From the NCBI RefSeq assembly GCF_009914755.1, contig NC_060927.1: a stretch of 64,000 nucleotides of DNA; one strand, written 5' to 3'. The notes under the pieces were generated by a model. The model was given only the letters and a program-made list of their open reading frames with translations, did not search any database and had not been told where the DNA came from. Each line of letters opens with the position of its first letter. The stretch's first letter is position 1. The stretch comes from the human T2T-CHM13v2.0 reference genome, Homo sapiens. Below, one piece after another: positions 1-12,200 of this stretch. Made by a program: the position numbers and the translations under genes.

Positions 1-855
1 ACCCCATTAAAAAGTGGGAGAAGGATATGAACAGACACTTCTCAAAAGAAGACATTTATGCAGCCAGAAGACACATGAAAAAATGCTTTTCATCACTGGC
101 CATCAGAGAAATGCAAATCAAAACCACAGTGAGATACCATCTCACACCAGTTAGAATGGTGATCATTAAAAAGTCAGGAAACAACAGGTGCTGGAGAGGA
201 TGTGGAGAAATAGGAACACTTTTACACTGTTGGTGGAACTGTAAACTAGTTCAACCATTGTGGAAGTCAGTGTGGCGATTCCTCAGGGATCTAGAACTAG
301 AAATACCATTTGACCCAGCCATCCCATTACTGGGTATATACCCAAAGGATTATAAATCATGCTGCTATAAAGACACATGCACACGTATGTTTATTGCAGC
401 ACTATTCACAATAGCAAAGACTTGGAACCAACCCAAATGTCCAACAATGATAGACTGGATTAAGAAAATGTGGCACATATACACCATGGAATACTATGCA
501 GCCATAAAAAAGGATGAGTTCATGTCCTTTGTAGGGACATGGATGAAACTGGAAACCATCATTCTCACAAACTATCGCAAGGACAAAAAAACCAAACACT
601 GCATGTTCTCACTCATAGGTGGGAATTGAACAATGAGAACACATGGACACAGGAAGGGGAACATCACACACTGGGGCCTGTTGTGGGGTGGGAGGAGGAG
701 GGAAGGATGGCATTAGGAGATATACCTAATGTTAAATGACGAGTTAATGGGTGCAACACACCAGCATGGCACATGTATACATATGTAACTAACCTGCACA
801 TTGTGCACATGTACCCTAAAACTTAAAGTATAATTAAAAAAATAAAAATAAACTT
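1..855 (+). mobile_element. L1PA (about L1PA3-5) 3' end: ORF2 C-terminus, 3'UTR and A-tail; runs off the window start
   Basis: Close match to the primate L1 3' end, including ...GTACCCTAAAACTTAAAGTATAAT followed by an A-rich tail at ~835-855 and the G-rich 3'UTR tract at ~672-705. Confidence 0.97.
27..629 (+). pseudogene. L1 ORF2p C-terminal remnant including the cysteine-rich CCHC motif
   Basis: Translation contains [30 protein letters not shown] and the terminal FSLIGGN*, all typical of L1 ORF2p. Confidence 0.93.
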
Positions 856-889
856 TAAAAGGACAATACAAATAAATGGGTAAAATACT

Positions 890-1790
890 TGTACATGCAA
901 GTCAGAATAGAACATAACGTAATGGCCTGTAAACATACAAAATGATGCTCAACTTCTTTATAACAGAGTTATATTAGTAATCAGAAAAATGCAAGCTTAA
1001 AATACAATGAGACTATCTTCTTAATTGTTTAGCTAAAATTTAAAAATCTGACAATACTAAGTGTTGCAGAGAATGTGGTAAATGGATAATCTCATGTATT
1101 TTTAGTGGGAGTATAAACTGATATGGCAGTTTGCAAAAATATTTGATATTATCTAGCAAAATTGAAAGTATGCATATCATAGGAAACAGGAATTTCACTC
1201 CTAGGTATATAACCTAGAAAATATTGTGGAGATAGGTAGCAAGGTATCTTTACAAAAATGTGAATGTCAGGATTTTTATTATTTGTCCCAAATAAGAAAA
1301 AATCCAAATTTCTACCAAATATACCATGTATAAATAAATGGTGCCATAGTCATACAATGGAATATTATGCAACAATGTAACTGAAAAATATGGAAGGTTT
1401 GCACAGCAACATGGATGAATGTCACATAGAAATTGACAAAGAAGCTAGACAAAAAATAATACATAGAGTATTACTCCATTTATATAAAGTTGAAAAGCAG
1501 GCAAAGCTAAACTATATTGATGAGGGAAAGCATGGTTGCGGATGAAGCTATAAAGGAAAGCATGGCAACGTTAATGACAAAATTCTGAACAGTGGTTATA
1601 TCTAGGGGGATAGGGAGAAACTGGGTCCATGATGGGCACACAGGGGGCCTTCAATGATGCTGCCAAAATTTCATTACATAAAATGGTTAGTGATTTGGGT
1701 CTTGCTTTATTGTTAAATTTTAAATTGTACTTATAAGTTTTATGCTTTTTCCCATTTGTACATGAAAACAAAAATTAAAATTAAATAAGT
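890..1790 (+). mobile_element. Old L1ME-type 3' fragment
   Basis: Degenerate ORF2-end and 3'UTR motifs (ctgacaatactaagtgttg, cactcctaggtatat, caacatggatgaat, ccatttatataaagtt). Confidence 0.75.
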
Positions 1791-2320
1791 AATTGTTAAT
1801 CTAGTGTAGTGATGGGAGGAGAAGTCTCATTGTAGTGAGTCAAAGAGGGAATGTATGGTGAGTCAGTAGAGTCATTGCTTATAGGCAACTATATCAGCGT
1901 GCATAAGGACAAAAACAAACAAACAAACAGAAAAGCCCAAAGCGTAAATAAGGAAATACATTCTCCAACATAGTAGCAGTTAAGTGGCTGAAAGTTCTTA
2001 AGTCAGGGCTGTTCTCTGAAGTTCTCTTGTTTCTCTAGATGTAATTTTTGTCATCCCAGGGTTGTAGCAAGAATGCTGAAATGTTTCCAAGTATCACACT
2101 GAGATATCATGACAGCACTCAACCAAGAAGAAAAACAGCCTTTATCTTTGATTTATAAAGCTCTAGAATGGACTTCTCCCACACTTTCTCTCACATTGCT
2201 TTGGCCAGTTTAGCATAACACGCATATTTGTAAGCCAATCTTTATCAAACAGGAATGGGAATGGGATTATATTAATTTTCTGTAATGGAAGGGATGTTAG
2301 TGAACAAGACACATAACTAC

Positions 2321-2771
2321 TGTCAAGGACTGGCTTCTGAGGTTTTACTTGTAAGCTAACAATTTAAACGGCCACAGTTTTATGCATGCTGGTAGAAGAC
2401 ACAAGATTATTGGGTCAGAGATGAAGAATAGCTTCTTAAATCCAGAGAAGCATCCAGGGGATCAGCATTTTCATAATATTCTCCTGAGGCCCAATTCTGA
2501 TGGGGCAGCAAAAATAGGGCCAAGTAACAAACATCTGCACACACAGTGGGTTCATTACAGGAGAGGAATCCTGGGCTTAGTGAATCTTAATATTTTATAA
2601 TAGCTTGTAAGCTTTCCCTCCAATTGCTGAAAGAGAGACACTATCATTATCTACCAAAGCTGTTAACCACATAAACTTTTTTGAAAGTATATTCTGGATC
2701 AGATGGTAGTGCCTTTGCTCAGAGGAAGTTCAGATATGTGGGAGAAACCCATGGATAATTGTCTCCCAACA
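2321..2771. mobile_element. ERVL-class solo LTR (MER54/MER74-like; subfamily uncertain), inside a degenerate MaLR-like stretch
   Basis: TG...CA ends (tgtcaagg...ctcccaaca), 5 bp TSD ACTAC/ATTAC, and LTR-like internal motif gctggtagaagacacaagattattgggtcagaga. Confidence 0.65.
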
Positions 2772-3407
2772 ATTACTGCTACTCTTCTATCTTGAAATTG
2801 TCTATAAATGAATAGAGTGAATGAGGCAAGTTGGAAATTGCCAATTTGTTTAGAGGCAAGTTTAGAGGCAATCTCTTGCTACTGGAATTCAGAAGCCTAG
2901 GTATTTTTCAAACATAGATTTATGAACTTACAGTTGTTAATTTTCTTCAACATTATGTCTCATGTGTTGAGAGACGGTTTGTCCTGAGACAATATTTTTT
3001 TAGAGCAGAAAACTAAACCTGGAAAGAAATTGTCCAGTGAATTCGTAAAATATGTAAGTATTCAATATCAAAATATCAAAACACAAAACAAAACAAAAAT
3101 CATTAGTCACTGTCTTAAACATGCCTGAATTTATAAAATGTCTTTATGACTAATTTTTATTTTCATTGCTTAGTATGTGACTGGAATATGTGCATATGTA
3201 ATATAGCATAAGACTTAGTATTTTTTCTAGTGAACCCTGGTTTCTTCATCTGTAAAGTGAGAAGATGGGGCCAGGTTTTTTCCAATGCCCCTGTGCTCTG
3301 AGCTGATATGACTATGTTATATATTGAAATTTCCCATTCCCAACATTGACTACTCTTTCTCATTTTACTCCCCAAAATATACACCTCCATCAAATATGTG
3401 TGTGGTG

Positions 3408-3728
3408 TTTTTTTTTTTTTAAAGATGGAGTCTCACTCTGTCACCAAGGCTGGAGTGCAGTGGCACGATCTCGGCTCACTGCAACCTCCGCCTCCTGGGT
3501 TCAAACTGCAAACTCTGTCTCCTGGATTCAAGCAATTCTCTGTCTCAGCCTCCCGACTAACTGGGATTACAGGCGCCCACAACCACGCCTGGCTAATTTT
3601 TGTATTTTTAGTAGAGACGGGTTTTCACCATCTTGGCCAGGCCGGTCTTGGACTCCTGACCTCGTGATCCACCCGCCTTGGCCTCCCAAAGTGCTGGGAT
3701 TACAGGCGTGAACCACTGCACCTGGTCC
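3408..3728 (-). mobile_element. AluS (Sg-like) with an internal 27 bp duplication
   Basis: Full dimeric antisense Alu: T-tail, ggagtgcagtggcacgatctcggctcactgcaacc, ctcctgacctcgtgatcc, cccaaagtgctgggattacagg. Confidence 0.95.
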
Positions 3729-4326
3729 CTGTGTAGTTCTTTAAAGACAAGAAGAACTTTAAGTTTTCCCACCTTCCCGTGAGGTAGACAAAAGTCATTA
3801 TATTTTAACGGAAAAAAAAAAAACTTGCACAGGAAGATGAAGTGAATTGCCTAGGGACATTTTTTTAGATCAGAAATATATTGAATAGGTAATTAGTAGA
3901 GGCAGAACTTGACTTAGAGCTTTTGAGTCTGAATCCCTGGACTTGGTATTCTCCTATGCTATTGTTCTCTAATTCCCTTCCTATACACCATTAAAACAAT
4001 CATCCAGGGCAGTCATCCCTGGTTACCATGACAATCAGAGACGTTAAAGAGCAGAGCTCTACATGAGAAGCCAATTGGCTTCAGAAATGGCCCAGTAATT
4101 ATGAAACTAAGTGGAAACAGTTTTTGCATGACCATTTACTCAATATTAGCTTTTATAAACCTCTCCCAGTTAGCTTCTCTCCATATGGACAAAGTAACTG
4201 TGAATAAAATCCAATGAGAAAATATCATCATTCTTCTTGTGAAAAAAATCACTTCTTTAATTGACAATTATCCTTTTGGCATCTGTCTCTGCTTGTACTT
4301 CTCTGCAATCAATTGGCTCATGTATG

Positions 4327-4331
<5 letters not shown>

Positions 4332-4362
<31 letters not shown>
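4332..4362. repeat. (GT)n microsatellite
   Basis: About 15 uninterrupted GT units. Confidence 0.97.
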
Positions 4363-4364
<2 letters not shown>

Positions 4365-4429
4365 ACACATGTATTAATAAGGAAAAAGAAAAAATTCATT
4401 TTGATTCATAACTGGAAAGTCATTAGAGA

Positions 4430-4750
4430 TCATCACATTGAATTACTGTTGTTGGTTTATGTCTGTCTCCCCCACCAGATGTTGCAATACTTGAAGTAGG
4501 GATCATAGTCTCTTCTATCTCTATAATATCTACTCTCAAAATATGAAGGCATATGGTAGGTTCTAAATAATGGTTGCTAAATAACAAAACACATCAATTA
4601 TCTAGTCCAACCTTCTCATTTCATACATGAGAAAAATGAAGCCCGGGAAGATAACAGGCCTAAATTCATACAACTACTTAAGCATCAAAGCCGTATATAG
4701 AATCTAGGTTTTGACTCTTACAGTGCACTTTCTAATAGTCCAGGCTATCT
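4430..4750. mobile_element. L2 3' end (+) followed by a MIR/MIR3 fragment (-)
   Basis: tgtctgtctcccccaccaga...ggcatatggtagg matches the L2 3' end; atctagtccaaccttctcatttcatacatgagaaaaatgaagccc matches the antisense MIR core. Confidence 0.65.
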
Positions 4751-5169
4751 TACCATTTTAAAATTATCCAAGAAGTGTTTCTTCAAAACACTATCTCATA
4801 TGAGGGTGAAGTTAACTGTACATAGTTAAAGTGTGGGGAAATGCTGAGTACCCCTGGTCTGGAATAATATCCATGTCATCCACAATTAGCTACTGTGAGT
4901 GGGATGAAACAGGTTTTGCAAGGCACACCAAAGACAGATTGTACATTACTGTTTACCCTGACACTGAGCTTGAAGCTAAATTGTAGTTTTAATACTGCTT
5001 TGAAAGGTAGGTGACTGTATCAAAATAAAATAAAATAAGATAAAATAAAATAAAATAATTAAAAAGCCATACTCAACAGGAGCCACATTGTAAAGGGGAT
5101 ATATTAGACATACTGGCAAAACCTCATATACCTTATACTTTGTATAAATATTTTATGTTTTATATATTT

Positions 5170-5510
5170 TATTTTTATTTTATTCATTTAATATTGTTTT
5201 AGAGACAGGGTCCCATTCTGTTGCCCAGGCTAGAGCGCAGTGGCACAATCATAGCTCAATGTAACCTTGAACTCCTGGGCCTAATTGATCCTCTTGCCTC
5301 AGCCTCCAGGGTAGTTGGGACTATAGGTGAGCACCACCACAGCCAGCTAATTTTTAATTTATTTTATTTTACTATTTTATTATATTTTATTTTATTTTTT
5401 TGTAGACAAGAGGTCTTGCTTTGTTGTCCAGGCTGGTATCAAACTACTGGGCTTAAGAGGTCCTCTCCCCCCGGCCTCTACAGTGCTGGGATTATAAGCC
5501 ACTGCACCCA
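5170..5510 (-). mobile_element. AluJ
   Basis: agagacagggtc...gcagtggcacaatcatagctca...gaactcctgggc are J-type diagnostics; expanded AT-rich middle linker. Confidence 0.9.
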
Positions 5511-5689
5511 AACTTCTATGCTTTATATTTTGTGCAAGATAGTCTTACTCCCATTTATTAAATGTGGAGTAGGAAGGACAGATGTTACCAACCCTCACTT
5601 AAAGGTGATAAACTTAAAATTGGGAAAAATTAGGCAACAGCCTTTTCTTAAATCTTATAAATAAGGTTTAACTTTAGATCTAACTAGAT

Positions 5690-5935
5690 AACTTTCACTA
5701 ACTTTAGAATCAGATATTTTATCTGAATCTACCACTAACTAGTTTTGTGACTTTGGGTGAGCGAATTCTTAATTCAGACTCAATTTCCTCTCTTTGTGTG
5801 TAACGGTGATACTCAACAGTGAAGATTAAAAGATAATTGACTGTTTTGTGTTGGGAATTGACAAAATATCATAGATATCATGTTGTCTTGCTTATGTCCT
5901 AAGTACTGTGCAAGGTTATTAATAATAATAATGTT
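5690..5935 (+). mobile_element. MIR
   Basis: ctaccactaactagttttgtgactttggg...ctcaatttcctc, a degenerate MIR core. Confidence 0.6.
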
Positions 5936-6399
5936 TGTAAGACCCTTTCACATTCACCAGAAGAAAGGTATCATTTTATCAAATGGCAATATTATTTGAG
6001 ATGAGATTCTCTCCAGTACCTTCTGTTAGGATGATTGTTTTTATTAAAAATAAGTACATCTTGTGGGTGGATATTAGGGACAGGAGGATGGCCCAGATGA
6101 TGAGACTACACATTTGCATAAGAACAGCTGAAATTAGCTGTGAACTTAAAGCAAACCCATAAGAAAGAAAAATGAATTTTGTTATAGTAGCAATGGACTT
6201 ACTGTTCCGTAAAATAGTTGCAAAGCCTAGCTCTGTCAGGCACATAGGCAAAGAGGAGAACAAATGGGATTTGCTAACATTTTATTCTAAATACAGATTA
6301 GTCACAGCTACCAACTTCAACAAAACAAGGAAATAATGTCATGTATGCCTCCTTTCCCACCTCCTAAACCTGAGGCAAAAGTCATTCATCTGGACATGT

Positions 6400-6590
6400 C
6401 TGGGTTCTCCCACTTGTCAGATATGTAGTCTTGAGTGATCTTTACATGTTTCTGAGAGCATTTCCTCATTTGTGATATAGGAACTAGTTCTTTAAACCTA
6501 GAGGCTCGTTTTGAGAATTAGATGCAGTGAGGTATATAAAAGTGCCCAGGACAGTGAGTGGTATACAGTGATTTCTCCAAAAATGTTTCC
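6400..6590 (+). mobile_element. MIR
   Basis: tttcctcatttgtg...gagaattagatg...aaagtgcccaggacagtgagtggtatacag. Confidence 0.65.
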
Positions 6591-7461
6591 TAAAAAGTTG
6601 TGGAGCTGCCTGTCCTTACATTTTGTAGCAATTGCCAGATCATTGGCTCTGACAGATCTTGTTCACTTTTTAATATAATATGAAATATCTCTTTATAGTC
6701 ATTTAATTTCTATCAAACATTAATGAAATGTATTACTAAAAGAAAATGACTCATATTGCACATTATGACAAATCATAGGATACAGGAGATTAAAATATAT
6801 ATAAAGTTATAAAATGTTGGAAAAAATTAAAATAAATGTTTTAATAAACAATTTAATGATACTACATAGGAAATTATGCATAGCTGACTAATGAGCTAAA
6901 TTCACTCCTTGGCTCTTAGTAAATGTCATAGAAAGCAGACAATTTATTCCCAGATGCTGGGATCTATATTACATAATTGTTGGAATATTGAATTTCTAAA
7001 ACAAAAAAAGACGCATATCTAAGAAATAATCTATGAGAATGATCAGTGCAATCACTAAACTGAATAACTCAGAGACCTAAAGTTTACTTCATTTGTATAC
7101 AACATGCAGGAGCAGTAACTCTATTATAGGGTAAATAAAATTATTTGGAGTCCTGTATAATCTAGGGCAAGTAACAAATCCTAAGACTCGGGGTTTGTCA
7201 CTGTTGGCTTTTGTTTGGTTTGGTTTGTTTCGTTCTTACGGGTGAGATAGAAATCATATCATGAGTTTGAAGTAATAGGTTTGAAAAGGTTTGCGAACTA
7301 TAAAGCAGAATATGAGTACGATGTCTGCCTTTCACTGTAACTAAGAAGAGTTCCATGTCGTATGAAACTTTCTATCCCCAAAATTTTACATGTTAGCTGG
7401 CTCATAGTGATACTCATCAAACATTTGTGAAGTAAGATCCAGTGGAGTCCAAGTCTATTTT

Positions 7462-7470
7462 ATCTGTCTG

Positions 7471-7511
<41 letters not shown>

Positions 7512-7520
7512 TTATTTATT
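7462..7520. repeat. Compound (TCTG)/(TCTA)n/(TTTA) tetranucleotide STR derived from the Alu tail
   Basis: About 10 TCTA units lying between the TSD and the Alu body. Confidence 0.95.
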
Positions 7521-7813
7521 TTTGAGACAGAGTCTCACTCTGTTGCCCAGGCTAGAGTGCAGTGGCATGATCTCAGCTCAATGCAACCTCCACCTCCTGG
7601 ATTCAAGTGATTCTTCTGCCTCAGCCTCCTGAGTAGCTGGGATTACAGGCACGCACCACCACGCCCAGCTAATTTTTGTATTTTTTGTATTTTTTAGTAG
7701 AGATGGGGCTTCACCATGTTGGTCAGGCTTGTCTCGAACTCCTGACCTCCTGATCCGTTGGCCCCACCCTCCCAAAGTGCTGGGATTACAGGCGTGAGCC
7801 ACCGCACCTGGCC
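7512..7813 (-). mobile_element. AluS
   Basis: Full antisense Alu; TSD caagtc(t/c)attttat at ~7450 and ~7814. Confidence 0.95.
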
Positions 7814-10800
7814 CAAGTCCATTTTATTAGGTGGAATTAGCTCAAGATCATTACCCTTGCAATGCCTGTTCTATATCTCCTAGCAATTCTACTTGGACTA
7901 CAAGAAACAAAAAAATCCTTCAAAGTCCAGTTTCCTCCTATTTTTCTTCTTGAAACACTTTCTGACCAACCCTACAAGAAGTGTTCTGTTTGTATTTTAA
8001 AATATGTTGATACTTGTTGCTTATATAATTCATTTAATACCCGCTTAATCACCATTTCTTATGAGTCTATCATTTGTCTAACTAAACCATAAATTTCTGG
8101 AGGTTAGGCTGAGGTTTCAAATGTGTTTGCATCCCCCTCAGGGCTTTTCTTGTCCATATTTTTTGAATACATTGATGAATGACATTAAAGATCTGATCTG
8201 ATACTGTACCCTCGACCTTGTAACTAAGAGAGACAAGGGACCAGTATCCAACAATATTTGTCTCCTTGTGATGGAAAACCAGTGCTCTTGTCAAATAGTT
8301 TACCATTGACTTGCCTCTTCAACTAGCCTGTAACCTCAATAGTAGAGATTTTCATCTTTAACTTAGATTCCTTATGGGAAGCAGTACAGTTACTGGCTCG
8401 TCCAGTTTCAGTAAATATTTGAGGAATAGTTATTGTTATTGTTATTGAATACTTATTGTTCTCCTCTTTGTCTATATTTGCATAACTATTCCTTTAATAT
8501 TCCTCAATGTGACAGCACAAAAATTATTAACATTAAGTTCCTCACCTTAGTTCACGAAACAGAATCCTCTGCTCTCTTTCCCGTTTTATGCTCTTGTAAT
8601 GAGGAAAGATCCTTTTTTGCTGAGAAGAGACTCACTTTATCTACATAATAAAGAGCCTAAGACAGTGGTATTAGAGTTGTTATAAAATTAAGGAAAGTAG
8701 CTAACGTTTTGTAACTCTTGCTATGGGTTGATTATTTGGACCCTTTTCAAAGTCTGTATGTGGATAATAGTAAAGAATCAAATTTATTTCACTACTTCTG
8801 CCTGTTGAACTATGCTGGTGAATTTGACATGGCTCATGTCCTGATCCACATGGGTTTCTGAGTGCTTTAGAGTTATAATTAAAGAGATGAGTAAATTAAA
8901 TAAACTATGGCTCAATTAAAGTCTGAGAGAGTCTGAGGGCAGATTGTCTAATAAGCAGGAATTTTGGCAACAGTAAACTGTGGGCTGTAATGAGCAGGAA
9001 GAATTGGCAATTGTAGTTTCAGTTCTTTACTTTTTCTCTCTCATTCTTCATAAGCTTCTTAAACATCCTATAGTTCAATCTTTGATCTATTGGCAAAGTT
9101 TGAGAGTCCAAATTCAGTGTCATATCTCATGAAGTGGAAAGATAACTTTCTTCTGTTGAATACTCATTTTCTTCTGTTTGAATATGTACAACAGAAGATT
9201 TTTTACAAGATCTATATACCGTGTTGTATATAGTAACCTAGAAATGAACCCAAAATGTCCAAAAGCATAGAACTGAATAAATTTTGTTACAGCAATATAA
9301 TGCGTATTATGTGACCAAATAATTATATTATGTTTGCTAATATGAAAAAAGTTTTCATATATATTTTAACACTTATAAATTGCTTATATCAAATGATCCA
9401 TTAAATATAGGTATGTTTATATATGTATATATAATATATAATTATATATATTATATATGTTTTATATATATATATTCCTACCATAAGCATTTTCCTACAA
9501 TAAGCATTTTTTTTGTGTCTAGGGAAATTCCTACAATAAGCATTTTTTTTTTTTTTTTGTCTAGGGAAAGAAAAGAGACCACAAACTTTTTTTTAATGGG
9601 TAATGATACACTGCATACTTATTTCTGAAGATCTGCTGTTGAGAACTCAGTATTAAAGAAAAGTACATGTTTATTGAAATTAAATCCATAAGCCTTCTCT
9701 GTTAACATTTGATTAAAGAAAATCTTTCCTAGGGGCAGGAGAAAGAGGAGAGGTGAAAAGAGGGAAGGAGGAGACCGAAGACCGCTCAGATGTCCTGTTA
9801 AATGGAATCTGCCTGAGCATGCTGTGCTTAAGTTGCCAAACATTTTTTCTCAAAGAAATACTGAGGAACTGCTGCTAAGGCAGATGAAATCAACCTGACC
9901 AGTTCTTTTTGTCTCTCTTCTCTCTCCTCCACCTCCAGTGCATTGTGCAAGAGAAAGCTTAAACCATCTTCCTGTCAGGTGGAACGAGAGGATAAGCGCC
10001 AGGTGGCCATGCCCCTGGTCCTCATGCTCAGGGTGCAGCTGCCTGGGTGGAGGGCCAGGTCTGGCACAGGGCACACATTGTCCCGGTGCTGAGGGCTGGC
10101 TGCGCACAGTGTACTCACTTTGTGTCCAAAAGCCTGGGTTTGGGGGTTGAGGAGCCAGATTATTGTGCTATGGGGTTAAACGACTGCTAGGTGTACATAG
10201 GGCAAATTAATTCTTTGGCAGGAGGACTTTTATCTGGTAAGGTCAATTTAGAAACACTTTTGTGACTATAGTAAGAGCTAGAACATAGGGAAGACCTGTG
10301 GGACAGTAGAGGTTTTTATCAATTCAATTCACTGATTGAATATTTAATAAGGTAAATCACCTTGAAGGTGCTATGAGAAAAACAGGTGAGTCAAAGGGAC
10401 TACTTTCTTCAGGATCTTAGAGTTCCTGCCTGGGTGACAGTCATACAAACAGCAAAGTCTTAAGTGATTTCACACTGGTAAAGGGAGACCCTGGAGTGAG
10501 CTTTGGAGATCCAATCTGTCACCCATTGTGCCAAAATTAATAATACTTAAACATAGACATGTTGACATTCTGAATTCTTGAGAAGTTAAGTCAGTAAAAA
10601 GATGGCTAGAAGAATAATAGTAGATACACTAGATATCAGGATAAATAGTCTTAATCTGGGTTCAGTGGCTGACTGAAATTTATAGCTTGGAATAAGTTAG
10701 TTCCTTGCTCTGAATTGTATTTTTCTTAAACCTCCACCCAGTTCTGGAATTTTCTGATTATCATAAAAACAGTCATTCTGTGAAAGTCAGTGAAGGGTAG

Positions 10801-11339
10801 CTATGTTATAACTGTCATCCTCCCAGCTGAAATCATAGGATAAATCATAGATAAAAGACAACGAAACTCTTAGTTTATTTCTTCTCTTCCTCGCTCCTTT
10901 TCTTTTCAATCCCCCACTGGACCCCCACTGAATCTAAACTCTACTGAGCTATTTGCTGTCTTGTGTTCCCCAGTGATGCGTAATGACTTGCAGCCTGGGA
11001 GAGCAAATACAACACTGAAACTGTGCTTCCACGTGTACACGAGAGCCTCAGAAACTGGCTTGGCAAAGCTATTTGGCTGCTGATCTTCTGTCCAGTTTCT
11101 TTCAGCTTTACTGAAAACCACCCTTGGAGTTCTGCTCGTCCCACTCAATGCAGTCTCATCCACCATGGAGCATACTGATGGGCAAAGTTCAGACCTTGCA
11201 TTATTTTTACTGAGAGCCTAGCAGAGGAGCAATAACAAATAGGTATACAACTGACCAAATGTTGAGATAGGATACGATCCGTGCCCTTCCTTAGAAGGCA
11301 AAAGGCAAAAGGGTTATGGGGTTCAGAAGACAAGGAACA

Positions 11340-12200
11340 TACTTCTGGCCTAAGAGACGTGTAATAAAAAAGAGGTCATTTAAGCTGCACCTTGGAGAAT
11401 GGAATCATGTTTTAATAAGAAAGGTGTGGAGAAATAGGGCAGGACACACTACTCAAGTTAGCAGTGTTACAAAGGTATCTGCATGGGTGGGGACCATTTT
11501 TGGATAATAATGTGCAGTTTCACTTAATGGCGGGACATTCAGTTTAAATGGCTGATTGTGTCAAACTATAGAAAGCCTTGAACACCAGCATTTTAAAAAT
11601 GGACTACATGGTAAATACTAGAGATCCTTTAGGTGTTTCTGATTAGAGGTGTGGCATGATTAGAAAGGAGCATGTGCACGGTGAAATAGACCAGGGAGCA
11701 CACTTTAAAAAGTTACGGTATTTGTCCAAGTTAGTGATGATGAGGCCTAAGCATTATAGGGGTGGGTATTGTGAACAGAAATGCTGCTGGACTTGGCCAT
11801 TGATTAACAAGGGGAGTCCAAGAAAAGAAATCAGAGATGAGCTGGAATTTTTGAGCCAAGTTAACAAGGCAAATGTTGGCAGAGTTGGGAAAGCCAGGGA
11901 GGTATGGAGGAAGTATTTTATGATGGAAAGTGATTTCATTGGTGTGGGTCAAACTGATCTTCCAGAACACAGCGGGGATGTTGATTAGCTGGTTAGAAAA
12001 GGAAGCTACAAACGGAAATCCCAGTTCTGGTTAAAAATTCCTAAGTTGGTGATCATCACCGTTAGGTGGTTACTGAAGCTGTTACGTGTGCATTAGAGGT
12101 AGGCAGTGAAGAGTGAGTAAAGAGGAAGGGCTTGTCTGCCTAAAGCCTTCCTGACTCTCTGGTTGGTAGACCTGGCCTGCAAATATAGAAGCACAAATTC
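11340..12200 (-). mobile_element. L2 fragments
   Basis: Purine-rich degenerate antisense L2 motifs (catttaagctgcaccttggagaatg, agccttgaacacc, ggcatgattaga). Confidence 0.55.

Noticed and set aside
2848-2872. Small 10-14 bp tandem duplications (also ~32318-32343 and ~49473-49492)
   Set aside because: Common slippage events with no further structure.
3346-3711. Alu-derived ORFs (also 5221-5664, 7578-7802, 26228-26488, 31980-32201, 33211-33562, 48868-49092)
   Set aside because: Typical Alu translations (e.g. [16 protein letters not shown]), not genes.
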